Shown: piece after piece, positions 51,188 through 60,903 of the stretch | Layout of the letters: every line of letters starts with the position of its first letter | Position numbering within the stretch: the stretch's first letter is position 1 | Program-made: the position numbers and the translations under genes | The notes under the pieces: generated by a model | Told to the model about the DNA's origin: nothing | Database searches by the model: none | Seen by the model: only the letters and a program-made list of their open reading frames with translations | Origin: Candidatus Peribacteria bacterium | GTDB taxonomy: Bacteria; Patescibacteriota; Gracilibacteria; Peribacterales; Peribacteraceae | Direction of reading: 5' to 3' | Assembly (NCBI GenBank): GCA_009691405.1 | Contig: SICN01000002.1 | Location: 5,189 to 69,188 of the forward strand | DNA length: 64,000 bases

Positions 51188-51829
51188 TCAGCAATGCACG
51201 TCTCCCTGTCTGAGTACGTTGACGCGCTCACCGATCACCTCAACCACCGTTGATGCGGGGTGGATGGGAATCGGACCAGAATCGAGAAGGAGATCGGGCT
51301 GCAGTTCTTCCGATGCATATTGGCCGATGATGTCCTGTGCACTATAGGTATTCGGCTGTCCGTGAAGATTTGCGGATGTCGTCGCGATCGGGCTGCCGAA
51401 GGAGGCGGCAAGCTGCTCTGCAAGGGGAGAGGAAGATATCCGTATTCCAATCGTAGGGTTTGGGATGGGGGTTTGGCCTGCCTGCCGGACAGGCAGGGAT
51501 GGGGGACAGACGTACATGGAAAATGGAGCATCGCTTCGAAGCGGCAACACAAGCGTGAGCGGTCCGGGTAGATGTTTCTTCGCAAGTTCAAACGCCTTCT
51601 TTGAGAACACGACAAACTGTTCAGCCTCTTTGAGAGAAGAAAAAAGCACACTGACCGGCTGATGCACAGGTCTCTTCTTCACCCGAAACAGTTGTTCCAC
51701 TGCTTTCGGATTTTTCAGGTCACAGGTAAGCCCATAGCACGTCTCCGTTGCATGAGCGACAACTCCGCCATCGTGCAACACACGGATGGCACGATTGATT
51801 GCGTTCTCCGATACGAGAAGGATATCCAT
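51188..51829 (-). CDS. tsaC: L-threonylcarbamoyladenylate synthase (YrdC/TsaC-type, single domain)
   Basis: VVAHATETCYGLTCD, FRVKKRPVHQPVSVLF, PGPLTLVLP and TSANLHGQP blocks. Confidence 0.85.
   Translation of the reverse strand: MDILLVSENAINRAIRVLHDGGVVAHATETCYGLTCDLKNPKAVEQLFRVKKRPVHQPVSVLFSSLKEAEQFVVFSKKAFELAKKHLPGPLTLVLPLRSDAPFSMYVCPPSLPVRQAGQTPIPNPTIGIRISSSPLAEQLAASFGSPIATTSANLHGQPNTYSAQDIIGQYASEELQPDLLLDSGPIPIHPASTVVEVIGERVNVLRQGDVHC
51462..51505. repeat. Perfect hairpin flanked by 10-bp direct repeats, in-frame inside tsaC
   Basis: gggatggggg (51462-51471), tttgg, cctgcctg-ccgga-caggcagg (51477-51497), then gggatggggg (51496-51505). Encodes CPPSLPVRQAGQTPIPNP. Confidence 0.7.
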
Positions 51830-51863
51830 AGAATAAAAATGAATGCGTACAAATTATCAATTT

Positions 51864-54800
51864 TCAATTATCAATTTTCAATTCGTACTTTTTGATCGCC
51901 TCCTCCACTCGCCTCTCGAGGAGAGGGGACATTGTGATCGTCAGCCCGACCGGCAACACGTTCTCACCAATCTTCAGTTGCACTTTTTCATTTCCGGAAA
52001 ATGTCTCAAAAATTTCTTTGATATCCAAAAGCAATTGTCGTGGTGCGCGTGCTGGCAGATGAATGGTATGAATGGAAATCGAAGGATGTGTAGATGGAAC
52101 AGGTGTCGGATTTTCGCCCGCCGTGTATGCGTCCAACCCGACTGCAGCCAGAGGCTCTTTTGTCTGCATCCCGTTTTGTATCCACTGCGTCAGCGGGCCT
52201 GCCAGAGCGTCTTCCGGTAAGGAGCTTTGGACCTCTTTCGTCGGGGTTTCCGACAATTCGACATCATCGGTTGCCGTCTCACTCACACCCTCACGACTGC
52301 GTCTCCTGCCTGCCGCACTCCAGTGGGTCGCTTCTTCCTCATTGAACATTCCTTCCTGCTTGGCTTTGGCAACCATCATCTCAATCGAGACTCTTTTCAA
52401 CGCCTCGGCTTTGAGCTGAGGTTGTCCCATGCGCATGTCGAGAGTCCCTGCGATCACCAGAATGGAATCCGGCTTTTCGAGAATGTCTTTGCACTGTGCA
52501 TGCACGCGCGGGAACAATGTCACTTCCATGCGACCGGTCGGATCTTCGATGGTGAGGATCGCCATCGTGTCACCCTTCTTTGTGTGGATGATCTTCGTCT
52601 GCTCGACGATGCCGGCAACCATGATCTTTCGATTCATATCATCTCCCGTAAGACTGTCGATGAGACGCGCCTTCTTGCTGATGTACTTCTTGAGACCCGC
52701 AAGCGGATGACTGGAAACGTAGAGCCCAAGCGTTTCTTTTTCCCAGATCAATTTCTTGTACGCGCTTGCCGGTTCTGTGTGATCGAATTCGATCCCGGCT
52801 CCCGTGCTGGCGCTTCCCAAAGACTCGAACATGTCGCTTTGGGATGCGCTCTTGTCTCCTGCCGACTTGCTGAACTCCGCGATTTTCTCATACTGGGCGA
52901 CAAGCATCGCACGTTCGCCGAGCGAATCGAACGCTCCTGATTTTGCGAGTGATTCCAGCAATTTCTTGTTGAGCAGTTTGCTTGGAACTCTGAGCGCAAG
53001 ATCCTCGATGCTCCCAAACGGTGTGCGATCTTTGCCGTCCGCGCCATCGCGAATCGACAGAATCTGACGAATGGAACTTTCCCCGACTCCTTTGATGCCA
53101 AGCAGTCCGAAACGGATCTTCCCGTTCGGGAGAGACGTGAAATGCGCAAGCGACTCGTTGATATCCGGCGGCAACACGTCGATTCCCATCGCTCGCGATT
53201 CTTCGATCTCGATGGCGATTCTGTCGGTATCTCCATCTTCGCTGCTTAAGAGTGCCGCCATGAAATCCGTCGGATAGTGAGCTTTGAGGTACGCGGTTTC
53301 GTACGCGATGCGCGCGTAGCAGGCTCCGTGTGATTTGTTGAATCCGTAGTTCGCAAACGGTGTGATGACGTCATCGAAGAGGGTCATCGCAAGCTTTTCC
53401 GTGTACTTTCTTGCGACCGTTCCTCGGATGAATTTTTCGCGCTGGCTGTCGAGTTCTTTCTTGATCTTCTTGCCGATGGCACGGCGGAGAAGATCCGCTT
53501 CCCCGAGCGAGAATCCAGCAAATACCTTCGCCATCTCGAGGATCTGCTCTTGGTAGATACCAACGCCGTACGTCGGCTTCAAGATCGGTTCCAAGTCCTT
53601 GTGAAGATATGTCACCTCTTTCTCCCCGTGTTTGCATTTGATATAATCGGGGATCTTATCCATCGGACCCGGTCTGTAGAGAGACACCATGGCCGTGATG
53701 TCGTCGACGGTTGTCGGTTTCAGTTGCTTCAAGTACCTGCGCATGCCGCCGGATTCGAGCTGGAAGACGCCCGTCGTCTCTCCCCTGGAGAGAAGCTCAA
53801 ATGTTTTTTTGTCATCCGTCGGAATCAAAGCAATATCAATCTTCGTTCCATGCATGCGCTCGATGATCAGGAGTGCCGTCTGAATGATCGTAAGATTTTT
53901 GAGTCCGAGGAAATCCATTTTGAGAAGCCCAAGGGATTCGAGGGGCTTGGCATCGTACTGCGTGATGACGATATTCTCGTCCTTCGGGGCTCGCTGAAGA
54001 GCGGTGTAACGAACGGCAGGCTCCGGCGTGATGACGACGCCGCAAGCATGCACGGACACGTGACGCGCTTTGCCTTCAAGCTTGAGGGCAATATCTAAAA
54101 TTTTTCTGTAGGTATCGTTCCCTTTGATGCCATCCAAAAGCTCGTCCGTGAGAAGTGCGTCTTTCAGTTCCGTCCCCGGTCTGTCGGAGATGAGTTTTGC
54201 AAGCGCGTTCATTTCCGCAAACGACACACCAAACGCTCTGCCGACATCTTTCACCGCGGCGCGAGCAGCGAGCGTTCCGAATGTGCAAATCTGAATTACG
54301 CGATCGGCACCGTACTTCTGGCGTACGTACTCCAGCACTTCATCGCGACGCGTGTCGGCGAAATCGATGTCGATATCGGGCATGCTGATGCGTTCGGGAT
54401 TCAAGAACCTCTCGAAAAGGAGCCCATGCTCGAGCGGATCGAGTGTCGTGATGTCGAGCACGTAACTCACGATTGATCCCGCTGCAGACCCTCGTCCCGG
54501 TCCCACGGTGATCCCGCGACGCTTCGCTTCGGCGATGAAGTCGGCAACGATTAGGAAGTAGCCCGAGAATCCCATATCTTTAATGACACCGATCTCGTAC
54601 GTGAGGCGTGACCGGATTTCTTTCTCGCGCTCGGGATGTTTTGCGATGATGTGGGCGTATCGTTTTTGGAGTCCTGCTTCGCACTGCAGATTGAGGAGTG
54701 ATTCTTCCGTTTCGCCTTTCTTCACGGGGAAACTTGGAATCTTGTACTGCCCGAAAGGAATCGTGACATTGCAACGCTCCGCAATGACACGAGTATTTTC

Positions 54801-55595
54801 AAGTGCCTCCGGCACATGCGAAAATGCCGCCTTCATCTCCTCGAAAGGCCGCATCGAGAAATCACTGTCACGCATGGTGAAGCGTCCGGTATCCGACACG
54901 TTCGAGTTCTTCTGGATGCAGAGGAGAACATCGTGCGCCTCGGCGTCCTCCGGCCTGCAGTAATGACTGTTGCAGGTTGCGACGAGGGGAACGCCATACT
55001 CTTTTGAAGCACGTATCAGTTGTTGGTTTACTTCGGACTGACCGGGAACGTTCGGCAAATCCATCAATTCAAAGTAGAAATTTTCTTTCCCAAAAAACGA
55101 TTGATACTGCGTAACCAAAAGTTTCATCCTCTCCGCATCGTCCGCCATCGCCGCCTGAGGGATCGCCCCGCTGATCGGACCCGAAAGCGCAATAAGTCCT
55201 TTGCCGTACTGCTTTAGGAGCTCGGCATCGACACGCGGTTTGTAGTACATGCCCTCGAGCGCCGCCTTCGTCGCAAGCTCGAGAAGGTTGTGGTATCCCT
55301 CTTCGGTGGAGGCGAGAAGAACGAGAGGGTACCTGCGAGTATCGACTCCGCTCTCCTTATCGAAACGCGTTCGGGAGGCAACGTAGGTTTCGAGCCCGAG
55401 AATCGCCTTCAACCCATGGGCTTTGCAGGCTTTGTAGAATTCGATGAGTCCATACGTATACCCTTTGTCTGCAAGACCGACTGCAGAAGACCCAAGTTCT
55501 TTGGCTCGAAGCACGATCTCCTCGGGGGTCGGAACCGCCTCGAGAAGGGAGAATGTACTGTGGCAATGCAGGTGAACAAAATCAGATGGTTTCAT
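51864..55595 (-). CDS. dnaE: DNA polymerase III alpha subunit
   Basis: 1243 aa. PHP domain FVHLHCHSTFSLLEA, palm/fingers blocks (PDIDIDF, GLLKMDFLGL), an OB fold and an extended C-terminal tail. Confidence 0.97.
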   Translation of the reverse strand: MKPSDFVHLHCHSTFSLLEAVPTPEEIVLRAKELGSSAVGLADKGYTYGLIEFYKACKAHGLKAILGLETYVASRTRFDKESGVDTRRYPLVLLASTEEGYHNLLELATKAALEGMYYKPRVDAELLKQYGKGLIALSGPISGAIPQAAMADDAERMKLLVTQYQSFFGKENFYFELMDLPNVPGQSEVNQQLIRASKEYGVPLVATCNSHYCRPEDAEAHDVLLCIQKNSNVSDTGRFTMRDSDFSMRPFEEMKAAFSHVPEALENTRVIAERCNVTIPFGQYKIPSFPVKKGETEESLLNLQCEAGLQKRYAHIIAKHPEREKEIRSRLTYEIGVIKDMGFSGYFLIVADFIAEAKRRGITVGPGRGSAAGSIVSYVLDITTLDPLEHGLLFERFLNPERISMPDIDIDFADTRRDEVLEYVRQKYGADRVIQICTFGTLAARAAVKDVGRAFGVSFAEMNALAKLISDRPGTELKDALLTDELLDGIKGNDTYRKILDIALKLEGKARHVSVHACGVVITPEPAVRYTALQRAPKDENIVITQYDAKPLESLGLLKMDFLGLKNLTIIQTALLIIERMHGTKIDIALIPTDDKKTFELLSRGETTGVFQLESGGMRRYLKQLKPTTVDDITAMVSLYRPGPMDKIPDYIKCKHGEKEVTYLHKDLEPILKPTYGVGIYQEQILEMAKVFAGFSLGEADLLRRAIGKKIKKELDSQREKFIRGTVARKYTEKLAMTLFDDVITPFANYGFNKSHGACYARIAYETAYLKAHYPTDFMAALLSSEDGDTDRIAIEIEESRAMGIDVLPPDINESLAHFTSLPNGKIRFGLLGIKGVGESSIRQILSIRDGADGKDRTPFGSIEDLALRVPSKLLNKKLLESLAKSGAFDSLGERAMLVAQYEKIAEFSKSAGDKSASQSDMFESLGSASTGAGIEFDHTEPASAYKKLIWEKETLGLYVSSHPLAGLKKYISKKARLIDSLTGDDMNRKIMVAGIVEQTKIIHTKKGDTMAILTIEDPTGRMEVTLFPRVHAQCKDILEKPDSILVIAGTLDMRMGQPQLKAEALKRVSIEMMVAKAKQEGMFNEEEATHWSAAGRRRSREGVSETATDDVELSETPTKEVQSSLPEDALAGPLTQWIQNGMQTKEPLAAVGLDAYTAGENPTPVPSTHPSISIHTIHLPARAPRQLLLDIKEIFETFSGNEKVQLKIGENVLPVGLTITMSPLLERRVEEAIKKYELKIDN

Positions 55596-55685
55596 ACATG
55601 GCGATGGAGACTTGCCCCGCGAAGCTCTTCGAGAGCGAAGTGGGGTGAACGAATTCCGAGGACTTCATGGGCGTAGCTTACACCT

Positions 55686-57359
55686 TTAGAAACTCGGTGC
55701 GCTGGAGGAAGGAGGCGGAGGCGGCAAAGGTACGCCGCAACGAATTTCCTCGGGATCACCCAGAGGACTTTGGGTGCCACTACAAAAATCTGCACTTTCG
55801 AACCCGTTTCTGCAAAAGCATTTGTCTGCCAATTGTTCGTCCGTGTACCTGCCGGAAACGTACGGGTGGCAGTACGGATTGAAGGACCTCTTGGCGATGG
55901 AATCGAGCAGATCGTTGCAATGACCGTCGACGCAGGAGCGGCGGAGGAAGTAGGCGACACTCGGAATGTACTCATTCGGGAGGAATCCTTCCGTGACATC
56001 CGAGAGTGCTTTCACCGCATCTTCAAGAGGCTTTACCGCCTCGAGAGTCCTTTCGTAGGAATCTCGAAAGATCGCATCGGTGGTTCCGATATGCCTGTCG
56101 CTGTCTTTCATAATTTCTTGAAGAGCTGCGGTCGCATTGAGCTTATACAGAAAGTGGGATTGCTGCTCCTCTTCATCTGGAGCAAGTTCCCTGGGGAGCG
56201 GACGTCCCGCACCGATGATCCCTTTCCGTTCATCGAATGTTCTCATCAAGACGAGCGGATTCGGGAACGTGAAGAAAAAGTCGTACGATGGACGGAACAG
56301 CGCGCCGATCGGCAGGACTCTCCCGAGAGGGGGAGTATACGTAAAATCTCCGCTGTCCAACTCTCGAAGATTCGGAGTCCGGAAATAGTCCGGGAATGCA
56401 CTCAAAACAGCATGGAATGAGGAAGCATCGGGGGGTGCTTGACCTTGCGGTTCGGGTGACGGCGGGAGGAGGCAACCGACTTCCGTCGCATGTGGAGGAG
56501 ACACCGCAGAACCTTCCAGTGGCTCTGGTGGCAGTGCGCCCGTAATCGCTGCGATTGCCGCTTCGATATTCCAGAGCGCCTGCCTGACGAGGGTATAGAT
56601 TTCGGATGCAAGCGCATCCGACTGATTTAAGAAATCTTTCAAATCATCATTCTCAATTTTCAGTGCGGGAGGAAGAGTATCTCTGATTCGGGAAAGAACA
56701 CTGGCATCACAGCCGTATGTCTTGATGTCCGGCTCAGCATCTTCATCCTGCGGCGGATCATCCGGCTGCGGCGGGAGGTATCCGATGAAGTGAGGACTAT
56801 AGTCTGTGGTATACGCGCACATCGGATCGTCTTGATGCACCTCATCGAGGAGCGGTTCCGCCATCGAATCGAAATCCGATGCGCTCTCGAATGGATAATG
56901 ATATCGAAGAAGGTTGCCGGAGAACGAAGAATCGACAGAACCTCGGAGGAAGATCTCATACGCATCGAGTGTGAAAGCGTACACGGTGCGAAGCACCATC
57001 GACGCTTTGATGTTGCACGCCTGCGTTGCCACCTCCATTGCATTTTGAATGGCATTCAACTTGTACTGAAACTGGAGTCGATCGCTCTCGATGCACAGTG
57101 TCCTTTCGCGCAAGGACTGGGATTCAAATCCGAGATCGAGCGCAATCCTGCGCTCCTGTCGAACCATCGAAAGATTGTTGGCGACTTCCTGGATATTCGC
57201 CTCGGTGTCACAGGAACGAGGGGGAAGTGGCAACCCATTGGCTGTTACAACACCACTATCGGCGCGCTCCAACGCATTCTGCACCCATGGAGACAATGCA
57301 GTGGCGAGAACCGTTTGCGGGAGGAGAAGGAAGCCGATCAGGATGAAAAAATTCTTCAT
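55686..57359 (-). CDS. Orphan secreted Cys-rich protein (557 aa), last gene of the five-gene operon
   Basis: Signal peptide MKNFFILIGFLLLPQTVLA, about a dozen Cys by eye, Pro-rich spacers and a PPPPPSSS tail. No motif recognised. Confidence 0.65.
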   Translation of the reverse strand: MKNFFILIGFLLLPQTVLATALSPWVQNALERADSGVVTANGLPLPPRSCDTEANIQEVANNLSMVRQERRIALDLGFESQSLRERTLCIESDRLQFQYKLNAIQNAMEVATQACNIKASMVLRTVYAFTLDAYEIFLRGSVDSSFSGNLLRYHYPFESASDFDSMAEPLLDEVHQDDPMCAYTTDYSPHFIGYLPPQPDDPPQDEDAEPDIKTYGCDASVLSRIRDTLPPALKIENDDLKDFLNQSDALASEIYTLVRQALWNIEAAIAAITGALPPEPLEGSAVSPPHATEVGCLLPPSPEPQGQAPPDASSFHAVLSAFPDYFRTPNLRELDSGDFTYTPPLGRVLPIGALFRPSYDFFFTFPNPLVLMRTFDERKGIIGAGRPLPRELAPDEEEQQSHFLYKLNATAALQEIMKDSDRHIGTTDAIFRDSYERTLEAVKPLEDAVKALSDVTEGFLPNEYIPSVAYFLRRSCVDGHCNDLLDSIAKRSFNPYCHPYVSGRYTDEQLADKCFCRNGFESADFCSGTQSPLGDPEEIRCGVPLPPPPPSSSAPSF

Positions 57360-57362
57360 GGG

Positions 57363-59213
57363 CTAGAGTCCGAACGTTTTGAAGGGTCCTGTCCATGGAC
57401 AGGCGGTCTGTGTCACCGGAGCGCGCTTCAGTTCCAGGAGCAAATTCGCCATCTGCCGAATGAACGTCGCCATGATCGCGAAAAGTTTCTGATCAACGGT
57501 GATCGTCTGGTCGAGCGCCGCTCTCTGTCCGATCTCGAGTGCGCGTGAGAGGAAATCGTTCTGATTCGCCGTCACTTCCGATGCGTTGTCGAGAAGCAGC
57601 TTCATCGTCCCCGCGGCGTCTTGCGTGGGTGATTTCACCAATGTCTCAGCACGAAAAATGCAATCGCCAAACATGGGTCTCGGTGCATCGCCATTTTTGA
57701 GACAGTACTCGCGTTCAAAATCCTGCACGAGCAGGTGCCCCATGTACGCGGGCACTGTAAATGACGAGTCGTGTGCGGCCTCGGTATAGAGACCGAGTTG
57801 GGGATCGGCTCGAATGCATGAAAGATAGGGTGATGTCGCTTCGTTCGTGACGACCGTATTGCGATTCGGAACCAACGTATGACCTTTCATTGACTGCGCA
57901 AGGCAGTGACTCACATAACAAGCATGTGTGGTGATGTCATCTTTGTACTGCACCAATGCCTCCGGTGTGCAGACTTTTGTGGTATCGATGGGGATAAGAT
58001 CCGGATTCAGGCGATTTTGGTCTTCTGGATCGAGAAGGGGAGTGCCATCATCCTCATACAAATTGATGATGTCTGCACAAAGATCGGGGTCCGTCGTCGC
58101 TCTCGTGTCATCAAATGAGCATTCGACGAGAGAAATAGTGTCGGGATTCGTATTGTTGCACAGTGCCACAGGCACCGGCACTGTTCGGCAGAGGTACCCA
58201 CGCCTTCCGACCGTGCGACTGCAGAGAGGAGACCGAATAGGATGGTCGTCATCGACAGTGATTCCTGGGCCTGTATATTCGAAAGGATAGGCGAGCGCGT
58301 TCCCTCCCACATCTGGTTCAGCCATCACGGGATAGTTCTCCGCCCTCTTGATGTCAAAACGGATGAAGTGCGGGGGATAGATCAACTGCAGCCCAAGGTC
58401 GTCTCTCCTCGCCCAGAACGCAACGTTTGGGATCTTTTTGAGAGACGGAGTTGAAAACTCTCCAACCTGTGTCGGATCACCGGTAATCTCTAAGGCTTCT
58501 GCAATTTCAGCCAAGGTATTCCCGACGCTTGTTCCAATCGTCGTAAATCTTGGATCTTGTTCATTATCATCTCGGAAATATCCGAAATGAAAACGGAGAA
58601 TGACTTTTTCCAGATCCTCAGGACTGAACAATGCTAGTTGTGAAGCAAGTACATCGATTTTACTGTCGAGTGTGCTGCCTGCAGTGACGACCGTCCCATC
58701 CCACGGGATGAGCCCCTCTTCACCGGACCATACACGCTTGAGAAGCAAGCTCAGTGTCCCGAGCGCCACCGGACGGTGAGGTTCATCCGCGATGGAAAGT
58801 TCCGCACCGTTTGCCGCCATCAAAAGATCGTCCCCGAGACTTTCGGCATCTTTCTCCGCCGTGACGAGAGAGAGAATGGAACTCCGAAGATCAAGACACC
58901 CGGTATCCGAAGCACCCACGACAAATTCTATCTCCTGACCGGAGGTGTCCAGTTTCCCTTGACAAAGACCGTCGTCGTCTCCCGTCCAGAGAATGCCGAG
59001 CACCGCGTTCTTGATATCGGCATACGAGAGATCGATGCCGTTCTCGCCCCATGTCCGCATTTCATTGATTACGAAATCCATGAGCTTATTGCGGGGGTTC
59101 GCACTCTCGCCTGTTTGCTGTAGATCATCGAAATACAGGTCGAACACGGACGCCAAGCCCGCCTCCGGGAGAAGGACGAGGCACGCCAAGAAGAGGGAAA
59201 GGAAGCGCTTCAT
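57363..59213 (-). CDS. Orphan secreted Cys-rich protein (616 aa)
   Basis: ATG 59213 (ATGA overlap with the upstream stop) gives the signal peptide MKRFLSLFLACLVLLPEAGLA. The track ORF extends to 59513 inside the upstream gene. Confidence 0.65.
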   Translation of the reverse strand: MKRFLSLFLACLVLLPEAGLASVFDLYFDDLQQTGESANPRNKLMDFVINEMRTWGENGIDLSYADIKNAVLGILWTGDDDGLCQGKLDTSGQEIEFVVGASDTGCLDLRSSILSLVTAEKDAESLGDDLLMAANGAELSIADEPHRPVALGTLSLLLKRVWSGEEGLIPWDGTVVTAGSTLDSKIDVLASQLALFSPEDLEKVILRFHFGYFRDDNEQDPRFTTIGTSVGNTLAEIAEALEITGDPTQVGEFSTPSLKKIPNVAFWARRDDLGLQLIYPPHFIRFDIKRAENYPVMAEPDVGGNALAYPFEYTGPGITVDDDHPIRSPLCSRTVGRRGYLCRTVPVPVALCNNTNPDTISLVECSFDDTRATTDPDLCADIINLYEDDGTPLLDPEDQNRLNPDLIPIDTTKVCTPEALVQYKDDITTHACYVSHCLAQSMKGHTLVPNRNTVVTNEATSPYLSCIRADPQLGLYTEAAHDSSFTVPAYMGHLLVQDFEREYCLKNGDAPRPMFGDCIFRAETLVKSPTQDAAGTMKLLLDNASEVTANQNDFLSRALEIGQRAALDQTITVDQKLFAIMATFIRQMANLLLELKRAPVTQTACPWTGPFKTFGL

Positions 59214-60214
59214 TCGGGTCGAAGGGAATCGTCGGGGTCGTGAAGGGAAGTCACCGCATCCCAGATTTTCGGCATGCAACTGATCGTATCGGCGAGCAAG
59301 CCGAGCTCGTTTCGAAGATCGAGCGACGCACGCTGGAAACACACGAGTGATTTCGCATACGCATAGTTCAGTTCGAGCGATCGTAATGTATGAAATGTGC
59401 GGAGCACCGCGAGCCTCGCGCGCTGCTTCTCGCTCTCGATGCGCGCATAAAATGCCGTCAATCGAGTCGTAAACACTTCCTGCACATTCTCCGTGGGGCA
59501 TTCCTCCGCGCACATGGAGTCATCCGACGGTGTTGTGGCGCACGCGAGAACCTGCGTGATCTGCTTGCAGGTATTCGTCTCTTCATCGCAACAGAATGAA
59601 TTGGGGTTATCGACATCTCTGTTGATCGCCACCATCGAGTCGGCAGTCTGGCTGAACTCGGAAAGTTTGCATTCGTATTCGCGCACGAATTCCGCGACCA
59701 CCGAATTGAATGAGGCAAATGTGACGGGAAGCATTTTCGGGTCTCCTATCGCAGGTCGGTAGTACCAACCCGGCATTTCCTTCGCGAGTCCCGCCAGTGA
59801 GCCGATCCCTCCCTCCGTTCCGGGGACGCACGGCCAGGATGACGGAGCTTTCAGAAAGTCTTCACGCTCCCCGACAACACCCGAGATGCGCTTTCGGAAA
59901 AGGTCTGTCGTTTCTCGAAGCGTCTTCAAATTTGCAAACACGGTGCCTGTCGATGTGCATGCACGAGGGTCTGCACCTGACTCGAAGTACACGGAGGCCG
60001 CCGGAGGCAAGCCGACGATCGCTCCGCGGAGGAATCGTGACGAGCCTGCGATGATGCTTAAGATGAAGAGTAGAACAACAAGTGTCCGATGCTTATCCCA
60101 AAGCGAATGCCACTCACGCTTCATGCCGACAATGAAGGAAGATGTTTTCAAAATGGCACGAGAGGAGGAGTCATGTTGGATGTATCCGGTCGATCGCACT
60201 GACCGATAAAACAC
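59210..60214 (-). CDS. Orphan membrane-anchored Cys-rich protein (about 304-334 aa)
   Basis: N-terminal anchor TLVVLLFILSIIAGSS. The alternative ATG 60124 (MKREWHSLW) avoids a 66-nt overlap with the upstream gene. Confidence 0.6.
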   Translation of the reverse strand: MFYRSVRSTGYIQHDSSSRAILKTSSFIVGMKREWHSLWDKHRTLVVLLFILSIIAGSSRFLRGAIVGLPPAASVYFESGADPRACTSTGTVFANLKTLRETTDLFRKRISGVVGEREDFLKAPSSWPCVPGTEGGIGSLAGLAKEMPGWYYRPAIGDPKMLPVTFASFNSVVAEFVREYECKLSEFSQTADSMVAINRDVDNPNSFCCDEETNTCKQITQVLACATTPSDDSMCAEECPTENVQEVFTTRLTAFYARIESEKQRARLAVLRTFHTLRSLELNYAYAKSLVCFQRASLDLRNELGLLADTISCMPKIWDAVTSLHDPDDSLRPE

Positions 60215-60903
60215 GGGATCTCATGGAGCTTCCCGAGCATCGAGACCATATCGCGGATGGGTCTGATCACGAGATCGGGGAAATCTCCTTGAAGCCAATC
60301 GATGATCCCTGCCTTCTGAAGTGTGCTTCGGTAGCCGCTGTCGTAGGAAAATGCGAGCTTTAATACTGCTTTCTCGGCATAGAGACTCGTCTCCGACATC
60401 CCACTGCATTCGGTCTCCAAACCCAGTCGATCGGTCGGAAGGTATCCCGTATCGACGAAGCTGCAGGAAGGATAACTGTCGATTGTTTGTTCCACGCATC
60501 CCATCTGCTTGATCGTGAGTGATGTATTGGCATTCACGTCGAATGACTTCTTCATCGCAAGGCAGATCGCATTCGTTCTGCACCGAAGAACCCGATAGCT
60601 TTCGACGGCAGGCCACACGAGTTCCGAGGTAAGGCGCTGCTTCGTCCCAAGAATGCCTGTTCCGCTCTCGGGTGCCAGCCCACCGGTGAACACTTCGATG
60701 TCTTCTTCCCTGTTTTCCCGAGCACCGAAAACACGCGAACGGTACTCGTCGTGAATGACACTCATCCGATCAATGACATGTCGCCTGCAGCCATCAGGGG
60801 TCGCCGCATCGGCACTACGTGCGGATTCCGGACTCGACCACGGCAGGAAAACAAAAGCTGTAAGGAGAATGCCGGTGCCGAGAAAGAAAAGGCGAAGTCT
60901 CAT
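60148..60903 (-). CDS. Orphan exported Cys-rich protein (251 aa)
   Basis: Signal/anchor segment MRLRLFFLGTGILLTAFVFLP. ATGA overlap with the upstream stop. Confidence 0.6.
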   Translation of the reverse strand: MRLRLFFLGTGILLTAFVFLPWSSPESARSADAATPDGCRRHVIDRMSVIHDEYRSRVFGARENREEDIEVFTGGLAPESGTGILGTKQRLTSELVWPAVESYRVLRCRTNAICLAMKKSFDVNANTSLTIKQMGCVEQTIDSYPSCSFVDTGYLPTDRLGLETECSGMSETSLYAEKAVLKLAFSYDSGYRSTLQKAGIIDWLQGDFPDLVIRPIRDMVSMLGKLHEIPCFIGQCDRPDTSNMTPPLVPF

